Of a DNA stretch of 64,000 bases, positions 45,513 through 55,900 are shown in pieces. Origin of the DNA: an uncultured Rhizobiaceae bacterium (GTDB lineage Bacteria > Pseudomonadota > Alphaproteobacteria > SMXQ01); assembly GCA_964577835.1 (NCBI GenBank), contig CAZOBN010000004.1, forward strand, positions 396 to 64,395, read 5' to 3'. Below the pieces are notes generated by a model. That model was not told the origin of the DNA and did not search any database. It worked only from the letters and a program-made list of their open reading frames with translations. The number at the start of each line of letters is the position of its first letter. The stretch's first letter is position 1. The position numbers and the translations under genes were made by a program.

Positions 45513-45547
45513 CCTCAGGAAAAACCTGAGATAATGGTAATAAAATA

Positions 45548-46108
45548 ATGAAATTATTCGCATTATCCGGTTCCATGCGCACCGGATCGTTCAACGGCAA
45601 GCTGATCGCCCTGGCGGTCGTCGAGGCCCGGCGCCAGGGTGCCGACGTTCTTCTCGGCGACTTCCGCGGCCTCGCGCCGCCGCTTTATGACGCCGACCTC
45701 GAGAAGGCGAGCGGCATCCCGCCGCAAGGCATGGCGCTGATCGGCCATATCGAACGGGCTGACGGCGTGATGATCGCGACGCCGGAATACAATTATTCGG
45801 TCCCGGGTCCGCTCAAGAACGCGTTCGACTGGGTGTCGCGCGCCAAGCCCTATCGCTTCCAGGACAAGCCGGTGCTGCTGATGGGCGCCAGCTCCGGCGG
45901 TTGGGGTGCCGTGCACGGCATGGACGCTCTGCGTATCACGCTGAACTACCAGGGCGCCGCGATCTACCCGGATGTGTTCTCCCTGCAGAACGGCAAATCC
46001 GCGTTCGATGCGCAGGACCGCTTTTCCGACGCCAGCTTGAATGACAAGCTGGCGGATCTCATCGGCCAGTTCCTCCGCTTCATGCGCGAGCGGCTATCTG
46101 CCTCCTGA
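45548..46108 (+). CDS. NAD(P)H-dependent FMN reductase
   Basis: Flavodoxin-like SGS.R..S.N motif and TPEYN.S.PG.LKNA.DW. Confidence 0.8.
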   Translation: MKLFALSGSMRTGSFNGKLIALAVVEARRQGADVLLGDFRGLAPPLYDADLEKASGIPPQGMALIGHIERADGVMIATPEYNYSVPGPLKNAFDWVSRAKPYRFQDKPVLLMGASSGGWGAVHGMDALRITLNYQGAAIYPDVFSLQNGKSAFDAQDRFSDASLNDKLADLIGQFLRFMRERLSAS

Positions 46109-46120
46109 AAGGAGCATCCT

Positions 46121-47473
46121 GTGAACGGCATCTTCTTCGCTATCGTTCTCGTCGCGTTCGGCGTCACCGCCTGGCGCGAATGGACCTGGGTGGCGGAGGA
46201 GCCGGACCAGCTGTCGCCCATGACGCTGCTCGGCGCCAATATGATCGAGACCGCCGGCAGCGCCGTCACGCTCGCCATCGGCCTGGTCGGCATCATGGCG
46301 CTGTTCCTGGGCCTGATGAAGATCGCCGAGGCCGGCGGCCTGCTCACCATCATCGCGCGCACCATCCGGCCGCTCATGATCCGGCTGTTTCCCGACGTGC
46401 CGCACGATCACCCGGCGATGGGCGCCATGGTGCTGAACTTCTCGGCCAACGCGCTCGGGCTCGGCAACGCGGCGACGCCGTTCGGCATCCGCGCCATGCA
46501 GGAGCTCGACAAGCTCAATCCGCACAAGGGCACCGCCACCGACGCCCAGGTCATGTTCCTGGTCATCAACACGGCATCGGTCACCATCCTGCCCACGACG
46601 GTCATTGCCTTGCGCGCGGCGGCCGGCTCGGCCGATCCGGCCGCCGTCGTGCCGACCACCCTGTTCGCAACGCTGGTCGCGACCACCATCGCGATCGTCT
46701 GCGCGCGCACCCTGCAGCGATTCTGGCCGGCGCCGAAGGCGGGGGCGGACGGCACGAACGTCGCCGCGCTCGCCAACCCCGACGAGGGGTTCCCGGAAGG
46801 CGCTCCGGAAACCAGCGCCGACCTGCTGCAAACCGCGCCGGTCGACGAGGCCGCCGGCTACTCCGCCTGGGTGTCATGGCTCGTGCTGGCCGGCATTGTC
46901 GCCCTGATTCCGCTGATGCTCATCTACGGCCGCGTCATCTCCGCCTGGGTGATACCGACGCTGATGGCCGGCATCCTCGTCTTCGGCTTCGCGCGCCGCG
47001 TGCATGTCTACGAGGCCTTCGTCGAAGGCGCCAAGGACGGCTTCCATGTCGCCGTCCGCATCATTCCCTATCTGGTCGCGATCCTCGTTGCCATCGCCAT
47101 GCTGCGCACCAGCGGTGCGCTCGACGCGCTCATCGACGTGATGTCTCCCTATACCGAAATCGTCGGGCTGCCGGCCGAGGCGATGCCCATGGCGATCATG
47201 CGCTCGCTGTCCGGGTCGGGCGCCTATGGCATCATGGCCTCGATCATCAACGATCCCGTGATCGGCCCGGACAGCTACATCGGGCTCCTGGTCAGCACCA
47301 TCCAGGGCTCGAGCGAAACCACCTTCTATGTGCTCGCGGTCTATTGCGGCGCCGTCGGCATCCGCCGCATGCGCCACGCCGTCGCCGCCGGCCTGATCGC
47401 CGACGTGGCGGCGGTCATGGCCGCCGTCGTCATCTGCTCCTGGCTGTTTTCGGGTGGCATGGACAACCCTTAG
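46121..47473 (+). CDS. nucleoside-recognition (Gate) domain membrane protein (SpmA/SpmB-like fusion)
   Basis: Polytopic membrane protein with two Gate-like halves. Confidence 0.65.
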   Translation: MNGIFFAIVLVAFGVTAWREWTWVAEEPDQLSPMTLLGANMIETAGSAVTLAIGLVGIMALFLGLMKIAEAGGLLTIIARTIRPLMIRLFPDVPHDHPAMGAMVLNFSANALGLGNAATPFGIRAMQELDKLNPHKGTATDAQVMFLVINTASVTILPTTVIALRAAAGSADPAAVVPTTLFATLVATTIAIVCARTLQRFWPAPKAGADGTNVAALANPDEGFPEGAPETSADLLQTAPVDEAAGYSAWVSWLVLAGIVALIPLMLIYGRVISAWVIPTLMAGILVFGFARRVHVYEAFVEGAKDGFHVAVRIIPYLVAILVAIAMLRTSGALDALIDVMSPYTEIVGLPAEAMPMAIMRSLSGSGAYGIMASIINDPVIGPDSYIGLLVSTIQGSSETTFYVLAVYCGAVGIRRMRHAVAAGLIADVAAVMAAVVICSWLFSGGMDNP

Positions 47474-47561
47474 ACGACGGCGTCACGCAACCGCCATTTG
47501 CGCACCTCAGCCCACCATGCCTATCATGCGGGCATAAAAATAATCCGGGAGGAGCGTGAGC

Positions 47562-48287
47562 ATGGCGTTTTCCAGTTGGCGCGGCATCGTCGGCATGATC
47601 AACCCGACCATGCGGCCGGGCATGACCGAGGAGGTTATCCGCCTGTTGCCCGAGGGCATCGGCGTCATTCCCCTGTTCCTCAACATCAGCCGCGGGACGA
47701 CGGAGGAATTCAAGACCGTCATGGGTGCCTACGAGCGGAATGTGGCGCTGCTCGCCGAGCAGGGCTGCGACGTGATCCATCCGAACGGGGCGCCGCCCTT
47801 CATGGTGCAGGGGCTCGAGGGCGAGAAGAAGATCGTCGGCAGGTGGGAGAAAAAGTACAAGACGCCGATCTTCACCGCGCCGCAGAACCATGTGAACGCG
47901 CTCAAGGCGATCGAGGCCAAGACCATCGTCGGCGCGACCTACTTCTCCGGCAAGATCAACGACACCTTCGCCAAGTATTTCCACGACGCCGGCTTCACCG
48001 TGAAAAGCATGGACGGCATCGACGTGCCGTTCAACAAGGTGCAGGAATTGTCGGGCCAGGAAGTCTACGCCCACGTCAAGAAAAGCTTCCTCAAGCACAA
48101 GGGCGCCGATGCCATCTATATGCTGGGCTCCGGCTGGCGCACCCTCGACATCATCGCCACCCTGGAGCAGGATCTGCAGGTGCCCGTGGTTCATCCGGTG
48201 ACCGCGCGGGTGTGGGAATTCCAGAAGCGGCTGCATGTCCGCCAGCCGATCCGCGGCTACGGCCACTTCCTCGAAACCTTGCCATAG
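47562..48287 (+). CDS. maleate isomerase / arylmalonate decarboxylase-like (Asp/Glu racemase superfamily) protein
   Basis: GGGAGGAG lies 7 nt upstream of the ATG. Overall Asp/Glu-racemase-like layout with G(S)GWRTLDII resembling the second active-site loop. Confidence 0.6.
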   Translation: MAFSSWRGIVGMINPTMRPGMTEEVIRLLPEGIGVIPLFLNISRGTTEEFKTVMGAYERNVALLAEQGCDVIHPNGAPPFMVQGLEGEKKIVGRWEKKYKTPIFTAPQNHVNALKAIEAKTIVGATYFSGKINDTFAKYFHDAGFTVKSMDGIDVPFNKVQELSGQEVYAHVKKSFLKHKGADAIYMLGSGWRTLDIIATLEQDLQVPVVHPVTARVWEFQKRLHVRQPIRGYGHFLETLP

Positions 48288-48316
48288 GCGGCGACAACGA
48301 ACCTCGGGAGGCGTCC

Positions 48317-49387
48317 ATGACCTGTCACGGCGCGTGCAAGATCCGGTTCGGAATTTCTCTCATTGCAGCGGGACTGGCGCTCGCCACATGGGCGTCCACC
48401 ACGGCCGCGCAATCGGTCGAATCGTTCTACAAAGGCCGCAACATGACGCTGCTCGTCGGCTACGCGCCCGGCGGCATCAACGACATCGCCGGACGCCTGA
48501 TGGCGCGCCACATCGTGAAACACATCCCGGGCCATCCCAACATGGTGGTGCAGAACATGCCGGGCGCCGGCGGCCTGGTGACCGCCAATCACCTCTACAA
48601 CATCGCGGAGAAGGACGGCTCGGTGATCGCCGGTCTCGGCCGCGCCGTGCCGCAGCTCGCCTATCTGGGCGATCCCAACGCGCGCTTCGATCCGCTGAAG
48701 TTCACCTGGCTCGGCAGCTCGTCGTCCTACGCCGACGATGCCTATGTGGTGCTGCTGAACGCCAAGCATCCGGCCAACAGCGTCGCCGACCTCAAGAAGG
48801 AAGGACCGGCCGTGAAGCTCGGCGCCGTGTCAGCCGGGTCGACCAATCTCATCTTCGCCATCCTGGCCAAGGAAATCGCCGGCCTGAACATCGACATCAT
48901 CCGCGGCTATACCGGCGCCGCGCCGATCTTCCTCGCCATGCAGAACGGCGAGCTCGACGGCCAGGTGATCGGGCTCGGCTCGGTCAAGGCCGGCCAACCC
49001 CATCTGTGGACCACCAAGCAGGTCAAGCCGCTGGTGCAGTTCGGCCGCGCCACCCGCCTGCCGGAACTGGCCGACGTGCCGACCGGGCGCGAGCTGGTCG
49101 CCGATCCGGACAACGCGGCTCTGCTCGAATTCGCCGAGCTGCCGTTCTTCATGGCGCTGCCCTTCGTGGCACCGCCCGCGCTGCCGCCGGCACGCGCCAA
49201 GGCGCTGCAGGATGCCTTCATGGCGGTGCACCAGGACAAGGACTTCCTCGAGGAGGCGAAGAAGCTCGATCTCGACATCAGCCCGATCGGCGGCGAGGCG
49301 GTCGTGAAGCTGCTCGAACGCACGGCGCAGACGCCGAAAGACGTCATCGCCCGCTACAACGACATCGTCAACCCGCCGAAGAAGTGA
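48317..49387 (+). CDS. Bug-family (TctC-like) binding protein
   Basis: Signal peptide and the NMPGAGGL motif. Start at MTCHGACKIRF, in frame within a much longer spurious ORF. Confidence 0.8.
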   Translation: MTCHGACKIRFGISLIAAGLALATWASTTAAQSVESFYKGRNMTLLVGYAPGGINDIAGRLMARHIVKHIPGHPNMVVQNMPGAGGLVTANHLYNIAEKDGSVIAGLGRAVPQLAYLGDPNARFDPLKFTWLGSSSSYADDAYVVLLNAKHPANSVADLKKEGPAVKLGAVSAGSTNLIFAILAKEIAGLNIDIIRGYTGAAPIFLAMQNGELDGQVIGLGSVKAGQPHLWTTKQVKPLVQFGRATRLPELADVPTGRELVADPDNAALLEFAELPFFMALPFVAPPALPPARAKALQDAFMAVHQDKDFLEEAKKLDLDISPIGGEAVVKLLERTAQTPKDVIARYNDIVNPPKK

Positions 49388-49451
49388 CGGGCGTATTGCC
49401 GCGTCGATGAAGTCAATTGACTGCTTTCGAGCAAGGATCCATTTCTTATTT

Positions 49452-49478
49452 TCGTCATGGCCCGCCGGGCCATGACGA
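49452..49478. repeat. GC hairpin of the GTCATGGCCCG...CGGGCCATGAC family
   Basis: TCGTCATGGCCCG-C-CGGGCCATGACGA, located 2 nt beyond the stop of the minus-strand MFS gene. Confidence 0.6.
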
Positions 49479-49480
49479 TT

Positions 49481-50749
49481 TCATGATGAGCGCGGCGCGG
49501 CTTCCAGCCGGCGCAGGGCCGCCGAGAGGACCAGGATCATCAGGCCACAGGCGACGAAGATCCAACTGCCCGCCTGCCAGCCGCCGGCCATCGCCACGGT
49601 GGCGGCCACCGCCGGCGGGCCGGTGAGCTGGCCGAGGTTGGAGCCCTGCACCAGCAAGCCGTTGGCGGCGCCGATCTGACGCGGGCTCGGCGTGAAGGCG
49701 GGCGCGCCGCTCATCACCGTGGCCGGCAGCATGCCGGCGAGCCCCGAGAACACGATGCACAGGATATAGCGCAGCCAGTCGGGCACCGCGTCGCTGAAGA
49801 TGCCGAGCCCGCAGCCGATCGCCAGGAAGCCGACGAATACCAGCAGGTGCCAGCGCGCCAGGCCGCGCTGCAGCAGCCAGCCGCCGAGCAGATTGCCGCC
49901 GACGTTCGACAGAACGACGACGACCGTGAGTTGCGCGGCCAGGGCGACCGATGCGCCGCGCTGCTCGATCAGGAAGGTCGGCAGCCAGACCATCAGCGCC
50001 ATCCACAACAGGGTGTAGAAGCCGAAACACAGCGCCAGGATCCACAGGCCCGGGCGCGACAGGGTCAGCCGCATATCCTCCTTCCAGGTCGAGATCCGGG
50101 ACGAGGTTTGGGCCGCCGCCGTGACAGGCGAAGATGCCGGTTGCGCCAGCCTGCCGCGCGGATCGAAGCGCCGCAGCATCGCCCAGGTGATCGCCGCCCA
50201 TGCGAGCGTCACGCCTGCAACCACGAGCCACAACGCGCGCCAGCCATGGGGCGCCAGGATCGCCGGCGCGATCAGCAGCATGGCCGCCATGCCCGCCGGC
50301 ATGAAGGCGCCCCACAGGCCGAGGGCGAAGCGCCGGTCGCTCGCCTCGGCCGCATGGGCGATGATCGACGGCGCGGAGACCACGACGCCGACGAATCCGA
50401 GTCCCTCCGTGAGGCGCGCCAACAGCAATTGAAGTCCGGAAACCGCCGTCGCGCCCCAAACCGAGCCGACGCACAGCATGAGCAGACTGGCGAAAATGAC
50501 TCGGCGGTGGCCCAGGCGGTCGGCGAAGATGCCGACCGGCATGCCGAGCGCGATGGACGTCGCATTGAAGATCGAGACGATCCAGCCGGCCGTCACGAGG
50601 TCGAGACCAAGCTCGCCGCGGATCATCGGCAGCGCCGCGGGCAGCTTGCCGATATGGCCGGCCGCCATCATGCCGGCGCCGAACGCGACCAGAACAATGT
50701 CCCAGCGTGTCTTCGATTGCGCCGTGGAAGTCGCCGCTTCGCCTGACAT
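49481..50749 (-). CDS. MFS transporter
   Basis: 12-TM pattern with the loop motif G.FADR.GHRR. Confidence 0.75.
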   Translation of the reverse strand: MSGEAATSTAQSKTRWDIVLVAFGAGMMAAGHIGKLPAALPMIRGELGLDLVTAGWIVSIFNATSIALGMPVGIFADRLGHRRVIFASLLMLCVGSVWGATAVSGLQLLLARLTEGLGFVGVVVSAPSIIAHAAEASDRRFALGLWGAFMPAGMAAMLLIAPAILAPHGWRALWLVVAGVTLAWAAITWAMLRRFDPRGRLAQPASSPVTAAAQTSSRISTWKEDMRLTLSRPGLWILALCFGFYTLLWMALMVWLPTFLIEQRGASVALAAQLTVVVVLSNVGGNLLGGWLLQRGLARWHLLVFVGFLAIGCGLGIFSDAVPDWLRYILCIVFSGLAGMLPATVMSGAPAFTPSPRQIGAANGLLVQGSNLGQLTGPPAVAATVAMAGGWQAGSWIFVACGLMILVLSAALRRLEAAPRSS

Positions 50750-51119
50750 CCCTCAGGCCTTAGGCGCACGGACATGCGACAGGATCGCGGCCCGCCGCCG
50801 CGAGACCGGCGGCGAACGTCGGCCGCGCCGCTGGGTTCCCCGTGCCGGCCGTGGCATTGCCAACCAGCCGTCGAGCCGGCCCATCCCATGGCGGCAATAG
50901 ATCGTTCGAATCCGCCATGCGGCCCATCATCGCGCCTGTCCCTCTTCTTTTTGGCCCGAACCGGCTCCGCACGCTATCGCCAAAGCGACAGCCGAGGCAA
51001 GCATGCCATTTCCCATATCGCGAGGCCACGAAACGCTTTGTGCGGGCGCGCGCTTGTCGCATAGTAAGGTGAAACAGGCGGTGGCGTTCCGGATCGTTGG
51101 TGAGGGGCAGACCTTTATC

Positions 51120-51779
51120 ATGGCAAACCTGATTACCCTCTTTCGTTTCGTCCTGCTGTTCCCGCTCATCCTCATGGCCTATTCCGCGCCGCCCCAGTGG
51201 CAGCTGCTGAATGCGCCGCTGCTGATCTTCATCGTCGCGCTCGACGGGGTGGACGGCTGGGTCGCCCGCCGCCGCAATGAAACCTCGGTATTCGGTTCGA
51301 TCTTCGATGTGGCGATCGACCGCGCGGTCGAGAACGTGCTGTGGGTCGTGCTCGCCGATCTCGACCTGGTGCCGATCTGGGTCGCGCTGATCTTCATCGT
51401 GCGCGGCACCGTCGTCGATTCGATCCGCTATGCCGCGATTTCGCGCGGCGAAACCGCGTTCGGCATGATGCGTTCGCCATGGGGCCGCTTCATCGTCGCG
51501 GGCCGCTTCATGCGCGGCTTCTACGGCGTCGTGAAGGCCGTGACATTCGGCTGGATTTTCTTCATCCAACCGTGGCCGGCGCTGTTTCCCGAGCTGTGGC
51601 AGCAATGGGGCGACACGGCCGCCATGATCGCCACCCTCCTGGTCTATACCTCGGTCACGCTGTGCATCGTCCGCGGCTTGCCGGTGATCATCGAGTGCCT
51701 GGTGGAGACCAAGGTGATCAAGATCAAGAGCGCGCCCGCCACGTCCGATGCGGCCGGACGCTTGATCAGGAGAGCTTGA
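51120..51779 (+). CDS. CDP-alcohol phosphatidyltransferase family protein
   Basis: Signature DG.DG..AR......G...D...D (LDGVDGWVARRRNETSVFGSIFDVAIDR). Start at MANLITLFR. Confidence 0.8.
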   Translation: MANLITLFRFVLLFPLILMAYSAPPQWQLLNAPLLIFIVALDGVDGWVARRRNETSVFGSIFDVAIDRAVENVLWVVLADLDLVPIWVALIFIVRGTVVDSIRYAAISRGETAFGMMRSPWGRFIVAGRFMRGFYGVVKAVTFGWIFFIQPWPALFPELWQQWGDTAAMIATLLVYTSVTLCIVRGLPVIIECLVETKVIKIKSAPATSDAAGRLIRRA

Positions 51780-52468
51780 TGGCCTGCGTGCTGGTGGATG
51801 TGGATGGCACCCTCCTCGGCGGACCGAGCAGCGAACTGCGCTTCATCGGCTATCTCGCGGCGCGGCGCCGGATCGGCTGGACACAGCTTCGAGCATCGGC
51901 GGCGTTTGCGTTGCGCTGGTTCCCGCGCTACGGCCGACATGTGTTCAAAAAGAACAAGGCTTATCTGGCCGGCCTCGCGGCGGCGGAGGTCGCGGCCGAT
52001 GGGGCCGCATTCGTGGACGCGGTGGTGCGACATCGGCTGCGAGCCGAAATTCTCGACCTGATCGCCGGCCACGTCGCGCGCGGCGACCGGGTCGTGCTGC
52101 TGACCGGGACCCCGGAATTCATCGCCGAGCCTCTGGGTCGCCTGCTCGGCGCCCATGGCGTCTGCGCCACCCGCTGCGCGCGGCAGGACGGCATCTATAT
52201 CGCCGAGCCGCCGCTTCTACACCCGTTCGGCGATGCCAAGGCGATCCTGGCGCGCGAAATCTGCCGCGAGGCGAACAGCCCGCTGGCCGAGGCGGTGGCC
52301 TATGCGGATTCGATTCATGACCTGCCCCTGATGCTGCAGGTCGGGCGCGCCGTCGCCGCGTGGCCCGATTCCGCGCTGCGCGCCATCGCCGAAAAGGGCA
52401 ACTGGTTGGTCCTGCCGCAGAAGGCACCATCGACCCGTGCCGCCGCGAATCAAGAGACGCGCGGCTAG
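51779..52468 (+). CDS. HAD-IB family hydrolase
   Basis: Motif I VDVDGTL and a C-terminal YADS..D.P motif. Its ATG overlaps the upstream stop (TGATG). Confidence 0.7.
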   Translation: MACVLVDVDGTLLGGPSSELRFIGYLAARRRIGWTQLRASAAFALRWFPRYGRHVFKKNKAYLAGLAAAEVAADGAAFVDAVVRHRLRAEILDLIAGHVARGDRVVLLTGTPEFIAEPLGRLLGAHGVCATRCARQDGIYIAEPPLLHPFGDAKAILAREICREANSPLAEAVAYADSIHDLPLMLQVGRAVAAWPDSALRAIAEKGNWLVLPQKAPSTRAAANQETRG

Positions 52469-52482
52469 GTCATCCATCGGTC

Positions 52483-52899
52483 ATGTCCGCTTTCACTCTG
52501 CATCCGCGCCTCGCTGCCGATACGTATTTTCTCGCGGACCTGCCGCTCTCCCGGGTGCTGCTCCTCAACGACGCGCGTTTTCCTTGGCTGATTTTGGTGC
52601 CCCGGCGCACCGCGCTCCGTGAACTCACCGATCTGCACCCCGAGGACCGTACCCTCGCCTTCGACGAGATCGAGCGGGCGAGCGACACGCTGCGAAAACT
52701 TTATGCCCCCACTCGGATTAATGTCGCGGCCATCGGCAACATGGTTAACCAGCTTCACATTCATGTGGTCGCGCGCAGCACCAAAGATGCCGCTTGGCCC
52801 GGCACGGTGTGGGGGCATGGCACCGCCGAACCCTATGACGACCCTGCCCTGGCCCTGAGGCGGAGCGAGATTCTGCCGTTTTTTGGAACGGGCCCGTGA
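52483..52899 (+). CDS. HIT-family protein
   Basis: Histidine triad QLHIHVV. Start at MSAFTLHPR. Confidence 0.75.
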   Translation: MSAFTLHPRLAADTYFLADLPLSRVLLLNDARFPWLILVPRRTALRELTDLHPEDRTLAFDEIERASDTLRKLYAPTRINVAAIGNMVNQLHIHVVARSTKDAAWPGTVWGHGTAEPYDDPALALRRSEILPFFGTGP

Positions 52900-52990
52900 G
52901 CCGGCGCGTTGCTCTAACGCCTCGCCATGGCAGGCGAGGCGGCACTATAATCGTCATCCGGGAGGCGGACGCATAAAGCGAAAGGGGATA

Positions 52991-55900
52991 ATGGCGAAAG
53001 CGGCTGACCCACACGACGATCGCTTGACGAGGCCCCCCGCGCGTCCGAGGCGATGGGCAGACCGGTTTCCCGTGGCGGCCGAAACCATCGCCCTCGCGCT
53101 GTTCTACTTCTGCCTCGCTTGGGTATCCTTCTCCTTCGCCCGCACCAATGACACCATCGCGATCTGGCCGCCCTCGGGCGTGCTGCTGGGCGTTCTGCTG
53201 CAGACCCGGCGCGCTCATTGGCCGGCTTACGCGGGAGTCGCGCTGCTGGCCAGCCTTGCCGCCGGTTTCGCCCATATCGAGTCCTGGCAAGTCTCGCTCG
53301 GCCTGGCTGTCGCCAGCGTCACCGAAGCCGTGATCGCGGCCGCCGTGTTGCGCCGCCTTGTCCCGGGTGATTTCCGACTGACGGGTCTTTGGCAACTGGT
53401 GGCGTTGTTCGGGATCGGCTCGCTCACGGTTGCCTGCACCGGCGCCGTCATCAGTGGCCTCGTCCTCTATCTCGCTAGTGGCGGCGATTTCTGGCAGACC
53501 TGGCTCAATTGGTGGCTCGCCGTCACAACGGCAATTCTCGCCATCTGCCCGCTTCTGCTGACATGGCGCGACCCGCGCTCGCGCCAAGTTCTTTCCCCCC
53601 GCCGGAAAACGATCGAGGCGCTGGGCACATTGCTCGCGACCGCCGTTTTGACAACCGCCGTCTTCAGCCAGACGGCGGTGCCGCTGCTTTTTCCCATCAT
53701 CCCCCTGGCCATCTGGACCGCATTCCGGTTCGGCGCCTTCCTCACGGCGTTTACCTGCCTCATGGTGGCGCTGATCAGCATCGGCATGACCTGGCTCGGC
53801 AACGGGCCGATCGTCGGTTTGGCCAATGGCTCGCTCGACGGCGAATTGCGCATTCTTCAGGACTTCCTCGCGGTCATGACGTCATCATCGTTGATGGTCG
53901 CCATCGCCTGGGAGCGGAGCCGCGCGGCGCAGCGGGAACTTCGGCTGAGCGAGGAACGCTTCCGCGACTTCGCCGAATCCACATCCGACCGGTTCTGGGA
54001 GACCGACGAGAACCATCGCTACACCTGGATCTCGCGCCCTGGCCGCACCACGGGCCGCGACCTTGGCGCCCTCCTCGGCAAAACCAGAATGGAAATGGCC
54101 GGCGGCGACCGGACGCGCGACGAAATCTGGCGCACACACTACGAAGACCTCGAAGCACACCGCCCGTTCCGAGACTTCCACTACAGCACGCGCACCCAGA
54201 ACGGCCAGTTGCAATACCGCCGCGTGAGCGGCAAGCCGATGTTCGATGAAGACGGCACCTTCAAGGGCTATCGCGGCACGGTCGCCGGCGTCACGCACAG
54301 CATGGAGACCGAGCTTCTGGCCACCCAGCTCGGCCGCATCATCGAGGAATCGCTCAATGAGATCTATGTGGTCGATGCCAGCACCCTGCGGTTGCTGCTG
54401 GTCAACCGCGGCGCACGCGACAATCTCGGCTATTCCATGGATGAGTTGCGTAACCTGTCGCCTATCGATATATGCGCCGACTTGAGCGGTGACCAGCTCC
54501 GCGAAAAATATCGCCGGCTGGATCTCGAGGATCGGGCCAAGCTGACCATCGAGCTCGCCCACCGTCGCAAGGACGGAACGACCTATGACGTGGAGGCGCA
54601 TCTACAGCGCGTCGTCGTCGGCCAGATGCCGCCGGTCTATGTCGCCGTCGTGCTCGATATCACCCGGCGCGAGCAGGTGCAGGCTGAGTTGGCCGCCAAG
54701 TCTCTCCTGCTGCACACGACCCTCGATACCATGGCGCAGGGAATTTGCGTCTATGACGGCAATCTCCGCCTAGCGGCGTTCAATCAGAAATACATCGAGC
54801 TGCTCGGATATCCGGACGGCTTCATCCAGCTCGGTGGGCGGCTCGAGGATCATCTGCGCAATAGCGCGGCGCGCGGACTGTTCGGGACGGGCGATCCCGC
54901 GGCGCACATCGCCGAGCGCGTGCGCCTCGCGCAACACGGACTGTCGGCGCGCCGGGTCTATCACCGGCCGGACGGGCGGATAATCGTGTCGCACCGGCGG
55001 CCCATGCCTCAGGGCGGATTCGTCACCACCTTCTCCGACATCACCCAGCGGCAAACCGCCGAAGAAGCACTGCGGTTGTCGACCGTGGAATTGCAGGACA
55101 CCAAGGCCAGCTTCGAAGCCGCGATCAAGGCCAGCCGACAAATTCTCTACGACTGGAATACCCTCGACGATACGGTCAAGTGGGACGGCGAAACGGATCT
55201 CATCCTCGGTTACACCGCCAAGGAGCTGGAAGGGCTGCCCGGCTGGATGGAATTGATCCATCCCGATGACCGTCGCACCTTCGTCAGGGCGCGCGCCCAG
55301 GCGGTCATGGCCCAGGACGTGTTCTCGCTGGAATACCGCGTCTGCCGCAAGGACGGCCGCTATATTCCCGTGGCCGATCGTGGAGTCTTCCTTGCCGGCA
55401 CCCGCGGCGGTGCCAAGCGCATTGTCGGCTTCATCTCGGATATGTCGGCTCAGAAGGCCACCGAGGAGGCGCTCCGTCAATCCGACAAGCTGCTCGCGGT
55501 CGGCCAGTTGACCGGGGGTATCGCGCATGACTTCAACAATCTGCTCGCCATCATTCTCGGCAACATCGAGCTGCTGAGCGAGGATCTCGGCGATGACACC
55601 AAGCACCAGCGCCATATCCAAACCGCCATGACGGCCGCTCACCGCGGCGCGGCATTGACCCAGCGCCTGCTCGCCTTCGCCCGCAAGCAGCCGTTGGAGC
55701 CGCGATCGACCCAGGCCAATCATCTGGTGAGCGAAATGTCGGACCTGCTGCGCCGGTCGCTCGAGCCGTCGGTTTCCCTCGACATGGTGCTCGCCGGCGA
55801 TCTCTGGTTGACCAAGATCGATCCGAGCGGGCTGGAGAACGCGCTTCTCAACCTGGCGCTGAACGCGCGCGATGCCATGCCGAAAGGCGGCAAGCTCATT

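Noticed and set aside
47498-48316. N-terminal 273 codons of the 629-aa ORF 47498-49387.
   Set aside because: This part overlaps the isomerase-like gene in another frame and translates to Arg/Gly-rich junk. The recognisable Bug protein begins at the internal ATG at 48317, which has a signal peptide.
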